NCBI GenBank assembly: GCA_964507055.1
Contig: CAZDOJ010000001.1
Span: forward strand, 657,313 to 721,312
Length of the DNA stretch: 64,000 nt
DNA from: an uncultured Gammaproteobacteria bacterium
GTDB taxonomy: Bacteria; Patescibacteriota; Microgenomatia; Levybacterales; UBA12049
Reading direction: 5' to 3'
In this document: positions 19,539 through 28,623 of the stretch, piece after piece
Position numbering within the stretch: the stretch's first letter is position 1
Layout: each line of letters opens with the position of its first letter
Notes under the pieces: model-generated
What the model was told of the DNA's origin: nothing
What the model saw: only the letters and a program-made list of their open reading frames with translations
Databases searched by the model: none
Position numbers and translations under genes: made by a program

Positions 19539-20819
19539 TTAAGGAATGAAGCTTTTAACGAGGTTGATAACTTTTTTCATTACCTTGGAGGCACCACCAT
19601 TTCCTGACGGCATTGAGAATCGTGAAGTCGTTCTTGCCGGAGCATTACCAATCCCATAGCGTATCAAACCAACAGCTGTAGAAAATGCTGGGTGCTGGAC
19701 TTCATCAATAATTCCTTTGACATCGGTTGGCATACCGATTCTGACAGGCATTGCAAGTGAGCGTCGTGCAGATTCACGTAAACCTACAGTCAAAGCACCG
19801 CCACCTGTAAATACGATTCCTGCTGGAGTTTGTGCAGCAAAACCACTTTTCTTAATTTCGAGTCCAATCATTGTACAAATTTCATTAAGTCTTGGTCTTA
19901 TGATGCCATCGACGAGAGTTTTCTGGGAGACTTTTCGGATTTCTTCCTGAAGATTCAGTGGCGTTAGATCAACTTCATCTGATGGCTTGTGGGTACTTTC
20001 ATCATCACCTTCTCGAACTGTTCTTTTATTTTGGTTTTGTGAGAAGAAGAGTTTGATCTTTTCTGCACTCTCAAGTGAGATACGAAGCCCAATTGCGAGG
20101 TCGTTGGTTACATGTCTGGCTCCAATTGCGAGGACTGAAGAATATGCTACAGATCCTTCTGTATAAATTGAGATATCGGTAGTTCCTGCTCCGATATCAA
20201 CTAAGATGACACCGAGTTCTTTTTCGGTATCGGAGAGAACAGCGAGCGAACTTGCATAACCACTAAATGCAAAACTATCGATATCAACTCCAACTTCTGA
20301 GAAAGCTTTTTCAAGATTTCGAAGAGAAACACTATTTGCTGTCACAATATGCGTATCAACTTCCAAACGTGTTCCTGACATCCCGACAGGATCTTTGATC
20401 CCTTCTTGTCCATCAACAATATAATTTCGTGGGAGAACATGGATAATGTCTCGAGTTGATGGGATTGAAATCGCTTTTGCAGCATCAATAACTCTTTGAA
20501 GATCACTTTCTGAAATTTCGCCATTTGGCGTAGCTACTGCGACTACTCCACGAGAATTTTGACAATCAATCTGACTGCCACCGAGTGAAACTAAAACATG
20601 GGAAGCAGAATATCCGGCCATTCGTTCAGCGGACTCAAGTGAAGCATTGATAGCATGTACTGCTTCTTCAATATCTACAACTTGTCCTTTACGAATACCT
20701 TGTGATTTAACTTCAGAAACACCGAGGACGTTAACAACATTGTCTATGACTTTTGCTATGACAGTAACGATTTTGTATGTTCCTACATCTATTGCAACAA
20801 GAATTTTTCCTTCGTTCAT
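19539..20819 (-). CDS. ftsA: Cell division protein FtsA
   Basis: IDVGTYKI, DPVGMSGTRLEV, VDIGAGTTD, FTGGGA, C-terminal amphipathic helix. Confidence 0.97.
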   Translation of the reverse strand: MNEGKILVAIDVGTYKIVTVIAKVIDNVVNVLGVSEVKSQGIRKGQVVDIEEAVHAINASLESAERMAGYSASHVLVSLGGSQIDCQNSRGVVAVATPNGEISESDLQRVIDAAKAISIPSTRDIIHVLPRNYIVDGQEGIKDPVGMSGTRLEVDTHIVTANSVSLRNLEKAFSEVGVDIDSFAFSGYASSLAVLSDTEKELGVILVDIGAGTTDISIYTEGSVAYSSVLAIGARHVTNDLAIGLRISLESAEKIKLFFSQNQNKRTVREGDDESTHKPSDEVDLTPLNLQEEIRKVSQKTLVDGIIRPRLNEICTMIGLEIKKSGFAAQTPAGIVFTGGGALTVGLRESARRSLAMPVRIGMPTDVKGIIDEVQHPAFSTAVGLIRYGIGNAPARTTSRFSMPSGNGGASKVMKKVINLVKSFIP

Positions 20820-20826
20820 AATCTCA

Positions 20827-21270
20827 TCATTTGAGCACGATTACGGGCTTTTCAAAACGCAAATCTAACCGTGAAAACAGCTTACCTTCCATTGTAAGGT
20901 GTGAAAGGATGAATTGTAAAGAGGCTATTTGGGCTATTATATCCTTTTGGGACGAAAATGTCACGAGCCCACCTTGCTTCAATTCTACAATATAGCTCTC
21001 CTCATCAGGCTTTTCGATTTTTGTATATGCAATGTGTTCTTTTTCGAGCTGTTTCTTTAATGTCTCAAGCTTCATGTCTTTTTCACTTGCTTGTACAAAT
21101 TTCATACTCGCAAGCGGACTGACATACAGTGGTTTATTCATTTGTACCGTGAAAACATAAAAAGTTCCAGCGGCTATAGCAAAGATACTTCCTAGTCCAA
21201 TTAAGCCAAAACCAATTATCTTTTTGGCATATCTTTTTTGTTTTCTATCGATTGTGTTTGTCTTTTTCAT
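20827..21270 (-). CDS. Minimal FtsQ/DivIB-like protein
   Basis: Position between murG and ftsA; single TM; C-terminal LDLRFEKPVIV. Confidence 0.7.
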   Translation of the reverse strand: MKKTNTIDRKQKRYAKKIIGFGLIGLGSIFAIAAGTFYVFTVQMNKPLYVSPLASMKFVQASEKDMKLETLKKQLEKEHIAYTKIEKPDEESYIVELKQGGLVTFSSQKDIIAQIASLQFILSHLTMEGKLFSRLDLRFEKPVIVLK

Positions 21271-22372
21271 GTTGTACTACCTCTATAATTTTTTTGGCTG
21301 CATCTTTATTGATTAGTTCTTGTGTAACCATTGCGTGACTTTGGTAGGTTTCAATATTGGCAATCATCTCTCCAATCTTTTCAGCAAATAATTCTGGAGT
21401 TAAATTATCTTGATTATATGTTTCTCCAAGGCCAGTACTTTGAACAAACTCCGCATTTGTTTGTTGTTCATTACGTTGACCATATGGAAGTGGGATAAGT
21501 AAACAAGGCTTTCCTAAGTATAATATTTCACTCACTGTACTAATTCCAGATCTCGAAATGACTAGATCAGCATTAAGCATAACTGATACCACCTTGTCCG
21601 CTGGAATAAATTTCACTACTTCATACCGCTTTTGCAAATGATCAGACAAGTTCATTTTCTTATCCATCAATCGTTCAAAATCTCCAAACTCCTGAGCATT
21701 GCCTGTTTGATGAATGATCAAATATTTCTCAAGAAGCTTTTCCAATGCACCTTCAACCAAAAGGTTTATTCCATGTGCTCCACCGCTTCCTCCTGTAATG
21801 TAAAGTAATGGAACTTTCCCATTCGAGCGTCGTTCAGCTTCATCAGCATGTTCAAAGAATTCTTTGCGTAATGGATTTCCTGTCAGTATTGTTTTATTTG
21901 CTGGAAAAAACTGCTCTGAATATTTCCATGAGATACAAATCTTATTTGCAAATTTACTCGCAAGTTTATTTGCAAGGCCGGCTTGGAGTGTTTGCTCATG
22001 GACAACAATTGGAATCTTTTGCATTTTTGCGGCAACAGCAATTGGTACAGCAACATATCCTCCAAATGAGAGTACGACATCTGGCTTAAAATCCTTAAGA
22101 ATTTTTATCGCTTGTTGCAATCCTGCGGGAATCTTTAGGAGTGAACTAAAAGTATGTGTGGTTATTCTGCGTTGCAACCGACCAGTTGTCAAAGCGATAA
22201 AAGGCAAACCTAATTTTTGTGCAGTTTGATACTCAAAGGAAAGTGCGTCATCGCCCTCAAAAGCATGCTTTCGTCCAACAAGCGTATATTCCCAATCTTG
22301 TGGCAATTTATCTAAAACAGCTAATGCGGGTGCAAAATGACCACCTCCACCAGCCACGATAAGAAGTTTCAT
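21245..22372 (-). CDS. murG: Lipid II GlcNAc transferase MurG
   Basis: GGGGHFAPA, FGGYVA, HEQ, TGNPLR, GGSGGA, SRSG, EQQTNA. Confidence 0.96.
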   Translation of the reverse strand: MKLLIVAGGGGHFAPALAVLDKLPQDWEYTLVGRKHAFEGDDALSFEYQTAQKLGLPFIALTTGRLQRRITTHTFSSLLKIPAGLQQAIKILKDFKPDVVLSFGGYVAVPIAVAAKMQKIPIVVHEQTLQAGLANKLASKFANKICISWKYSEQFFPANKTILTGNPLRKEFFEHADEAERRSNGKVPLLYITGGSGGAHGINLLVEGALEKLLEKYLIIHQTGNAQEFGDFERLMDKKMNLSDHLQKRYEVVKFIPADKVVSVMLNADLVISRSGISTVSEILYLGKPCLLIPLPYGQRNEQQTNAEFVQSTGLGETYNQDNLTPELFAEKIGEMIANIETYQSHAMVTQELINKDAAKKIIEVVQHEKDKHNR

Positions 22373-22414
22373 GTCTTAAGTATATCATTCTTAAGAAAAC
22401 CTGAGGAAAGAAAC

Positions 22415-23140
22415 TTAAGATTTAGAACGCTCACCAAACCATTCTGTAATAATTGAAATAAATACAGATCGGAATTTCTCACTCTTCAAACTATGATCCG
22501 CTCCTTTAATTACTTTATGCGTTAGTTTCTTTTTATCTGTAATTGCATTCATATAATTTTCCATTGTTTGATGCGGACAAAGTTCATCTAATTCAGATTC
22601 GATGATCAGCATATCATTTTTAAAAGTATGGAGTGCACGAAGAGATGCTGTAGCCTCTAAAGAAAGTTTTTCTTTTCGCCATTCAGTTGTTTTTCTATTT
22701 GCGAATTTCACTTGTGGCTGGTCAAAACCCTCATCAGGATAATTTGCAGGAACACGAAGAACTAACCATTTTATTGCACGTTCCGCAGAAAGAATTGCTG
22801 CAAGATATGATCCAAAACTCGAACCGATCACTCCAATTCTTTCAGGATCTACTCCTTTTTGAGAAAGCAACAAATCATATGCTGCCGTCATATCATCCAT
22901 ATAATCTTCTCGAGAAAGTTTTCCTCGTTCACCTTCACTTTCACCATGACTTCGTAAATCAAATGTCATGCAAATATACCCTAATTTATTCAATTCTTGG
23001 GCATAAAGAATATTTCTTCTTTGACTACTCATCCAACCATGAACAAAAATGATTGCAGGATTTTTCTCTTTTATATCTTGTGGATATTGGATCGTTGCAG
23101 AAAGCTTTTGTCCATCGACTTGAAATGTGAGGTGCTCCAT
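22415..23140 (-). CDS. Alpha/beta hydrolase
   Basis: FVHGW, DLRSHGESEG, GSSFG nucleophile elbow, GADH. Confidence 0.88.
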   Translation of the reverse strand: MEHLTFQVDGQKLSATIQYPQDIKEKNPAIIFVHGWMSSQRRNILYAQELNKLGYICMTFDLRSHGESEGERGKLSREDYMDDMTAAYDLLLSQKGVDPERIGVIGSSFGSYLAAILSAERAIKWLVLRVPANYPDEGFDQPQVKFANRKTTEWRKEKLSLEATASLRALHTFKNDMLIIESELDELCPHQTMENYMNAITDKKKLTHKVIKGADHSLKSEKFRSVFISIITEWFGERSKS

Positions 23141-23158
23141 TAGGTGATTATACCAAGT

Positions 23159-24262
23159 TTATGATTTTGATTGCTTGGCGATGTTAAGAAGAATTCCTAT
23201 GGATGCAAGGTCAACAATGAGGGCCGATCCTCCGTATGAAATAAATGGCAAAGGAACTCCAGTAAGGGGGACGAGGGCTGTCATTGCAGCCAAATTAATA
23301 ACACATTGAATTCCAATGAATGCAATTATTCCCCCTGCAAGCAACTTACCAAAAGCATCTTTCGCACGAGATGCAATATATAAGCATCGCCAGATAAATG
23401 CAGCAAAGACAAAAATCAAAACCACAGAACCAAAGAATCCGAATTCTTCAGCGATAATTGGAAAAATCGAATCAGTAACATTTTCGGGGAGATATGCGTA
23501 TTTCTGTAATGAGTTACCGACACCTAATCCAAATAACCCTCCAGAACCAAGTGCGATAAGAATTTGTTTTACGTGATAGGATGTATCATGAAGTGATCCA
23601 CCAAGATTAAGAAAACTTGTTAAACGCCCGAGACGATAAGGTTCTGAAACGATATAGAAGAATGCACCTACCGCAACTACTGGTGCAATGAAGAAGAAAT
23701 ACATAATGTTCCCACCCGAAAGATAGTAAATAACTACGGCTTCAAACATAATGATTGAAGCTGTTCCAAGATCAGGCTGCATCAATACCAAAAATAAGAT
23801 GGAACCCATCAATAAAATAAATGCACCAAATCTTCCTTTTTCTTTTTGAGAGAACCAAGCTGCTAAATAAATAGCTAATGCAAGTTTGATAAATTCAGCA
23901 GGTTGTACAGAAGTAAATCCTAAATTGATCCACCGACTTGCACCCAAAGCATGTGTCCCAATCCCGGGAACGAATACGAGAATGAGCAATCCAATTGCAG
24001 TAATTAATAAAGGAACTGCGAGATTATAAAATCTGTGATAATCAAATTTATAAGCAAAAAATAATGCGATAAAACCCAATACACACCATACAACTTGATC
24101 TCTAATAAATCCATATTTATCGCCGAAAAGATTGTATGCAATTACGGATGAGGAATTGAAAATCATCAGCAAGCCAAATAAAGTGAGGGCTGTCACCAAA
24201 CTGAACAGCACAATATCAAACTTACCAGTAGTTACTTTTTTTAGACGAAATCTTGCTTTCAT
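23159..24262 (-). CDS. ftsW: SEDS protein FtsW
   Basis: GASRWI, QPAEFIK, QPDLGT, SLQKYAYLPE, TGVPLPFISYGGS; dcw context. Confidence 0.95.
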   Translation of the reverse strand: MKARFRLKKVTTGKFDIVLFSLVTALTLFGLLMIFNSSSVIAYNLFGDKYGFIRDQVVWCVLGFIALFFAYKFDYHRFYNLAVPLLITAIGLLILVFVPGIGTHALGASRWINLGFTSVQPAEFIKLALAIYLAAWFSQKEKGRFGAFILLMGSILFLVLMQPDLGTASIIMFEAVVIYYLSGGNIMYFFFIAPVVAVGAFFYIVSEPYRLGRLTSFLNLGGSLHDTSYHVKQILIALGSGGLFGLGVGNSLQKYAYLPENVTDSIFPIIAEEFGFFGSVVLIFVFAAFIWRCLYIASRAKDAFGKLLAGGIIAFIGIQCVINLAAMTALVPLTGVPLPFISYGGSALIVDLASIGILLNIAKQSKS

Positions 24263-24278
24263 TTGGGCAGAAGCGATA

Positions 24279-25283
24279 CTAAACTAAGGCAATGAATATA
24301 CCAAGTACCGCCAAGAGGAAACCTATTAACCATGCACGCATTACGATCTTTGGCTCTTCCCAACCCTTTTTAAGGAAGTATAAATGTAATGGTGCAACAG
24401 GAAGTAATTTGCGTCCGAGATATTTCTTACCAAGTAATTGAATCAATGAGGAAGCAATTTCAACAACAAAGACTCCACCAATAATCATCAATGCAAACAC
24501 TTTTCCTGTCAGCAATCCTGTCACAGCCAATGCTGCTCCAAGCGATAGTGAGCCAACATCACCGAGCCAAATACGTGCTTTATAAATATTAAAGTAAAGA
24601 AAAGCTGCGACACTACCGATAAGAATTGCCAAGAAAATTCCTAATGGTTGATCCAGAGTAACTGAGTTAATCGCGAGGAAAGCAAGCAAACAAATGATGA
24701 GTAATCCTGATGCCAATCCATCAAGTCCGTCGGTAATATTAAAAGCATTTACGAACGAAACGATTACAAATGCTGCAAATGGTATAAAGAACATGCCGAG
24801 GAACATCTGTCCAACTCCATGAATAAATATAAAGTTATATCCGAGTTGGAAATAGAAAACCCAAGAGATTATTAATGCTAATATCCATTGGATGATAAAC
24901 TTGTGCCGAAATCGGAGACCAAAGAATTTTTCTTTCCCCGGAACCATTTTCTTTAAGTCATCGTAAAATCCAAGCAGTCCAAAACTAACAAAGGAGAAAA
25001 GAATAACAAAAACTTCCCATGGATTACTCTTAATATTAAAGATGCCATATGCCCATAGAGACCAAATTAAAACGACAACTATAATGAGTAATCCGCCACC
25101 ATAGGGTGTTCCGGCTTTCCATGAATTATATTTGTCAAAAAGAGGTGTGCGATTGTCAAACATGTCTTTTGTGACCTGTTTGTGACGTCGGAGTTTTATC
25201 TTATATAAAAAGTCGATGAATGGCACGAGCAAAATTGCCGTGACAAAAGCAGACGATAACATAAGCCCTAACAGTCGTATCAT
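24279..25283 (-). CDS. mraY: Phospho-MurNAc-peptide transferase MraY
   Basis: GTPYGGG, GFYDD, NITDGLDGL, GDVGS, APLHLYF..GWEEPKIV. Confidence 0.93.
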   Translation of the reverse strand: MIRLLGLMLSSAFVTAILLVPFIDFLYKIKLRRHKQVTKDMFDNRTPLFDKYNSWKAGTPYGGGLLIIVVVLIWSLWAYGIFNIKSNPWEVFVILFSFVSFGLLGFYDDLKKMVPGKEKFFGLRFRHKFIIQWILALIISWVFYFQLGYNFIFIHGVGQMFLGMFFIPFAAFVIVSFVNAFNITDGLDGLASGLLIICLLAFLAINSVTLDQPLGIFLAILIGSVAAFLYFNIYKARIWLGDVGSLSLGAALAVTGLLTGKVFALMIIGGVFVVEIASSLIQLLGKKYLGRKLLPVAPLHLYFLKKGWEEPKIVMRAWLIGFLLAVLGIFIALV

Positions 25284-25328
25284 TGCTACAATTATACTCT
25301 AATTTGCCTGAAATAGTAAATTGCTGGG

Positions 25329-25796
25329 TTAACTGTCAGTTTTTTTACCGTAATGAAAGATCTTTCGGTAGATATTTGTATCACGTTTTTTAAAGCCTAA
25401 TTTAGTATACAGACTGTTTCCTGAGACACGTTCTGGCCTTGAAGTAAAGTCTACATATGCCGCTCCATGTTCTTTTGTAAATGAAACTGCATGCTCCAAT
25501 AATGCAGAGCCAATACCCTGTCCTTGATAATGAGTATCTACAATGAGATCGTCCAAATAAGCTTTTCTCACATAAGGAATTCTATAGACCAGTGCAAGTA
25601 TCATACCGGCAATTGTCCCATCAGAGGATGTAGCAATGAAAAGAAAATGATTTGGAGATGCAAGCATCTCTTTGATATCAGCGTCTGTTAACTCCTGATA
25701 ATTATCGCCAACTTGTTGTGAAAGTAATCTGAGAGAATCACCTATTTCTGGAGAAAAAGATGTAAGCTGCTGTATTTTATATGATTGCTGTTCCAT
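25329..25796 (-). CDS. GNAT acetyltransferase, candidate glucosamine-phosphate N-acetyltransferase
   Basis: AYLDDLIVDTHYQGQGIG, LYTKLGF; ATG at 25796 (alternative TTG at 25808); follows the GlmU-N gene. Confidence 0.8.
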   Translation of the reverse strand: MEQQSYKIQQLTSFSPEIGDSLRLLSQQVGDNYQELTDADIKEMLASPNHFLFIATSSDGTIAGMILALVYRIPYVRKAYLDDLIVDTHYQGQGIGSALLEHAVSFTKEHGAAYVDFTSRPERVSGNSLYTKLGFKKRDTNIYRKIFHYGKKTDS

Positions 25797-25811
25797 AGAA
25801 GTAGCCAAAAA

Positions 25812-26582
25812 TTACTCTTTTGGCTCATTTGCTTTGATACTTTGATAGAGATTTTCGGCTTCTTGCAATTCCTCAGGAGTATTTACACCACGCCAAGGGA
25901 TTTCGACTTGAATCGTTTCAATCGTCTCTCCTTGCTCTGCCGCAAGCTCAATTAAACTGACAATATAATATTCACCAGTCACAGGACTTTTTTTAATTTT
26001 CTTGAGGTATTTTTTCAAAAATGCAGTTGAAAAGAAATAGCATGCTGCGTTAATTTCCTGAATCTTTCGTTGCTCTTCAGTAGCATCTTTTTCTTCAACA
26101 ATCGATGTCACTTTACCATCTTTATCTCGGACTACACGTCCAAGTCCAAAAGGATTGGGAAGTTTTACCGTTAAAAATGTTATCGCTGCATTTTCATCTA
26201 TATGTTTTGCAGCAAGTTGGGAAATAACTTCCTTGGTATAAAAGGCAGAATCATCCCCATTGATCACTAGGACATCAGATACATGTTCTGGAACCTTTTT
26301 AAACCCACTTGCAACAGCATGTGCAGTTCCGAGTCTTTTTGTTTGTTCAGCAAAGATGATATGTGTATCATCTTTCAAAACTTCTTTGACGGATTCCTTG
26401 GCAAATCCTACAACCACGATGATTGAATCGAAATACATGTGCTCAAGAAGATCTATGGAATGTTTGACAAGTGGTTTGTTGGCAAGTTGAAAGGTCACTT
26501 TATTCATGCCTTTTGCTTTCATGCGCTTTCCTCGTCCTGCAGCTAAAACGATTGCTCCTAAATTTCTTTCCTCCTTTGTCAT
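25812..26582 (-). CDS. GlmU-like uridyltransferase domain only (no LbH acetyltransferase domain)
   Basis: LAAGRGKRMK, RLGTAHAV, GRVVRD, IVEEKDA, EINA, GEYYI, GVNT; ends at 256 aa. Confidence 0.88.
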   Translation of the reverse strand: MTKEERNLGAIVLAAGRGKRMKAKGMNKVTFQLANKPLVKHSIDLLEHMYFDSIIVVVGFAKESVKEVLKDDTHIIFAEQTKRLGTAHAVASGFKKVPEHVSDVLVINGDDSAFYTKEVISQLAAKHIDENAAITFLTVKLPNPFGLGRVVRDKDGKVTSIVEEKDATEEQRKIQEINAACYFFSTAFLKKYLKKIKKSPVTGEYYIVSLIELAAEQGETIETIQVEIPWRGVNTPEELQEAENLYQSIKANEPKE

Positions 26583-27910
26583 TCCTCCTCAGTAACCCTT
26601 TCAATTGATGCTCCTAAATTTGTGAATCGTGTCTCAAATGCTTCGTAGCCCCGATCTAATTTTTCAATACCAAATATTGTTGAAGTTCCTTTCGCAGCCA
26701 ATGCAGCAAGTACAATTGCTGCACCAGCACGGATATCAAGTGTTGTCATGACGGCATTATGGAGTGTATTTGGCCCGGTAATTTTTACTGCATGGAAGTA
26801 TTCAGGTTTATCATCCTCCAAATTATAATTATAAACCAATTCAGGATCTTTAACTTCTGGATTGAATAACTTGACCTTTGCACCCATTCGTTTGAGATCA
26901 GCAACATATCCTAATTTATTCTCAAAAACAGTTTCGTGGATAATTGCTTCACCTTCTGCTTGCGTCATGAGAATTGCCCAAGGTGCTTGCCAATCGGTCA
27001 AAAATCCTGGATGAATTCCTGTCTCAACATCAACTGCTTTTAGCGTACCATTTGCAAAGAATCTGATACCATCTTCTTTGATTTCGTATCCAGCACCTGT
27101 TGCTTTATATTTCTCCATGAAAGCATCGATATTTGCTTTATGAGCATCTTTAACAAAAATATCTCCTCCAGTAATAACAGCAGCAATGGCAAATGTTGCA
27201 ACCTCAATACGATCAGGACTAATTGTCACTTCTGCTCCATGTAATTTCTTGGCACCTACAATTGTAATTTGACGATGTGCTGTTCTTTTGACATTCCCGC
27301 CCATTTTATTAATGAGTTCTATTACATCGTTTATTTCTGGTTCTTCAGCTGCATTATCCAAAACTGTTGTTCCTTCAGCTAAAGCAGCTGCGATAATCAT
27401 TGTTTCGGTACCAGTATGTGTACTCTTTGGGAAATGGTAATTTGACGCTTTCAAACCTTTTGTGCGAGCATGAAAGTATCCATCCTCACTGTGATACGTA
27501 ATATCAACCTGAAGCTTTCCAACGCCTTCAACTGTTCTATCAATCGGTCGTGCACCAAGTCTGCAGCCACCTGGATTTGGGATAATAGCTTCTCCAGTTC
27601 GAGCAAGTAAAGGACCAATAAACATAGATGATGTTCGAGCACGTGCAGCTTTATCAAGTGGGATTGATGAATGAGCAAATGATTGCATGCGTACCGTAAC
27701 GGTATGATCTTCAAGCTTTACCTCAGCTCCAAGATCTTTCATGATATCAAGCATCACAAAAACATCTGCGATCAATGGAACATTGTGAATAATAACTTGC
27801 TCATCAGTAAGACAAGCTGCAACGAGGACCTTTAATGCTGCGTTTTTTGCTCCGGAAATACCAATTTCACCTTGTAATTTATTTCCGCCTTTAATAACAA
27901 ATTTCTCCAT
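26579..27910 (-). CDS. murA: UDP-GlcNAc 1-carboxyvinyltransferase
   Basis: SGAKNA, PGGCRLGARPID (catalytic Cys), EPEI, PDRIE, DIRAG, LDRGYE. Confidence 0.97.
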   Translation of the reverse strand: MEKFVIKGGNKLQGEIGISGAKNAALKVLVAACLTDEQVIIHNVPLIADVFVMLDIMKDLGAEVKLEDHTVTVRMQSFAHSSIPLDKAARARTSSMFIGPLLARTGEAIIPNPGGCRLGARPIDRTVEGVGKLQVDITYHSEDGYFHARTKGLKASNYHFPKSTHTGTETMIIAAALAEGTTVLDNAAEEPEINDVIELINKMGGNVKRTAHRQITIVGAKKLHGAEVTISPDRIEVATFAIAAVITGGDIFVKDAHKANIDAFMEKYKATGAGYEIKEDGIRFFANGTLKAVDVETGIHPGFLTDWQAPWAILMTQAEGEAIIHETVFENKLGYVADLKRMGAKVKLFNPEVKDPELVYNYNLEDDKPEYFHAVKITGPNTLHNAVMTTLDIRAGAAIVLAALAAKGTSTIFGIEKLDRGYEAFETRFTNLGASIERVTEEE

Positions 27911-27912
27911 AA

Positions 27913-28623
27913 TTATTTAATGATGCTCTTTTTCTCTGTTTCTTCTCTTCTCCAAGCCACTGCCGCTTCTCCATGTTCCCATAATATTTTCTTTTCAGCA
28001 GGTATCAATTTAAATGCCGCTGATAAAATAATATCATTTGTCTCTTCCCACGCTCCATCAGTATATACGAAATGTGGCATTTGTCCATTATATGTTTGGA
28101 TCTCCCCATTCTCGTGTAAAATCCGTACTGATTGCAATGCCTTATTTACTAGCAAATATTTTGGAATATATTTTGCATTTGTATAAATAGCTCCACCGAC
28201 GGTTCCAGGTAATCCCAATTGATATTCTAGTCCAGCTAATCCTTCTTCAATTGTAAAGCGAACAAGCTGGTTCATATTTACACCGGATTCGGCATAAACA
28301 AGTATTTCTTGTACACCCATCTGGTTTTGCCTGATAGAACCTTTCATACTTGCCTTATCAAATCTTCTGCAATTGTTCTTAATTACCAAACCTGGTATAT
28401 CTCTGTCCGATTCTATTCTAGCACCACCGCCCAGCATTCGAACAGGGATCTTCAGTTTTTGTGCTGCTGTTACTATCTTAATGATCTCATCAAGTTTGTC
28501 AATTTCGAGGTACAACTCTGCGTTAACATCAACTTTTACAATGGTATGTGTTGCTAATGATTCGTTTTGTTTTACTCGTTTTTCACCGATTAACTCTACA
28601 ATCTTCCTGATACTATCACTCAT
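27913..28623 (-). CDS. murB: MurB-like FAD-binding protein lacking the C-terminal domain
   Basis: NESLATHT, LGGG, AESGV, GLAGLE..GLPGTVGGAIYTNA; 236 aa, ends before the usual SAGSxFKNP. Confidence 0.75.
   Translation of the reverse strand: MSDSIRKIVELIGEKRVKQNESLATHTIVKVDVNAELYLEIDKLDEIIKIVTAAQKLKIPVRMLGGGARIESDRDIPGLVIKNNCRRFDKASMKGSIRQNQMGVQEILVYAESGVNMNQLVRFTIEEGLAGLEYQLGLPGTVGGAIYTNAKYIPKYLLVNKALQSVRILHENGEIQTYNGQMPHFVYTDGAWEETNDIILSAAFKLIPAEKKILWEHGEAAVAWRREETEKKSIIK

Noticed and set aside
27900-27960. Frameshift as the cause of the short MurB
   Set aside because: murA starts 2 nt after the stop, so no alternative frame can hold the missing domain
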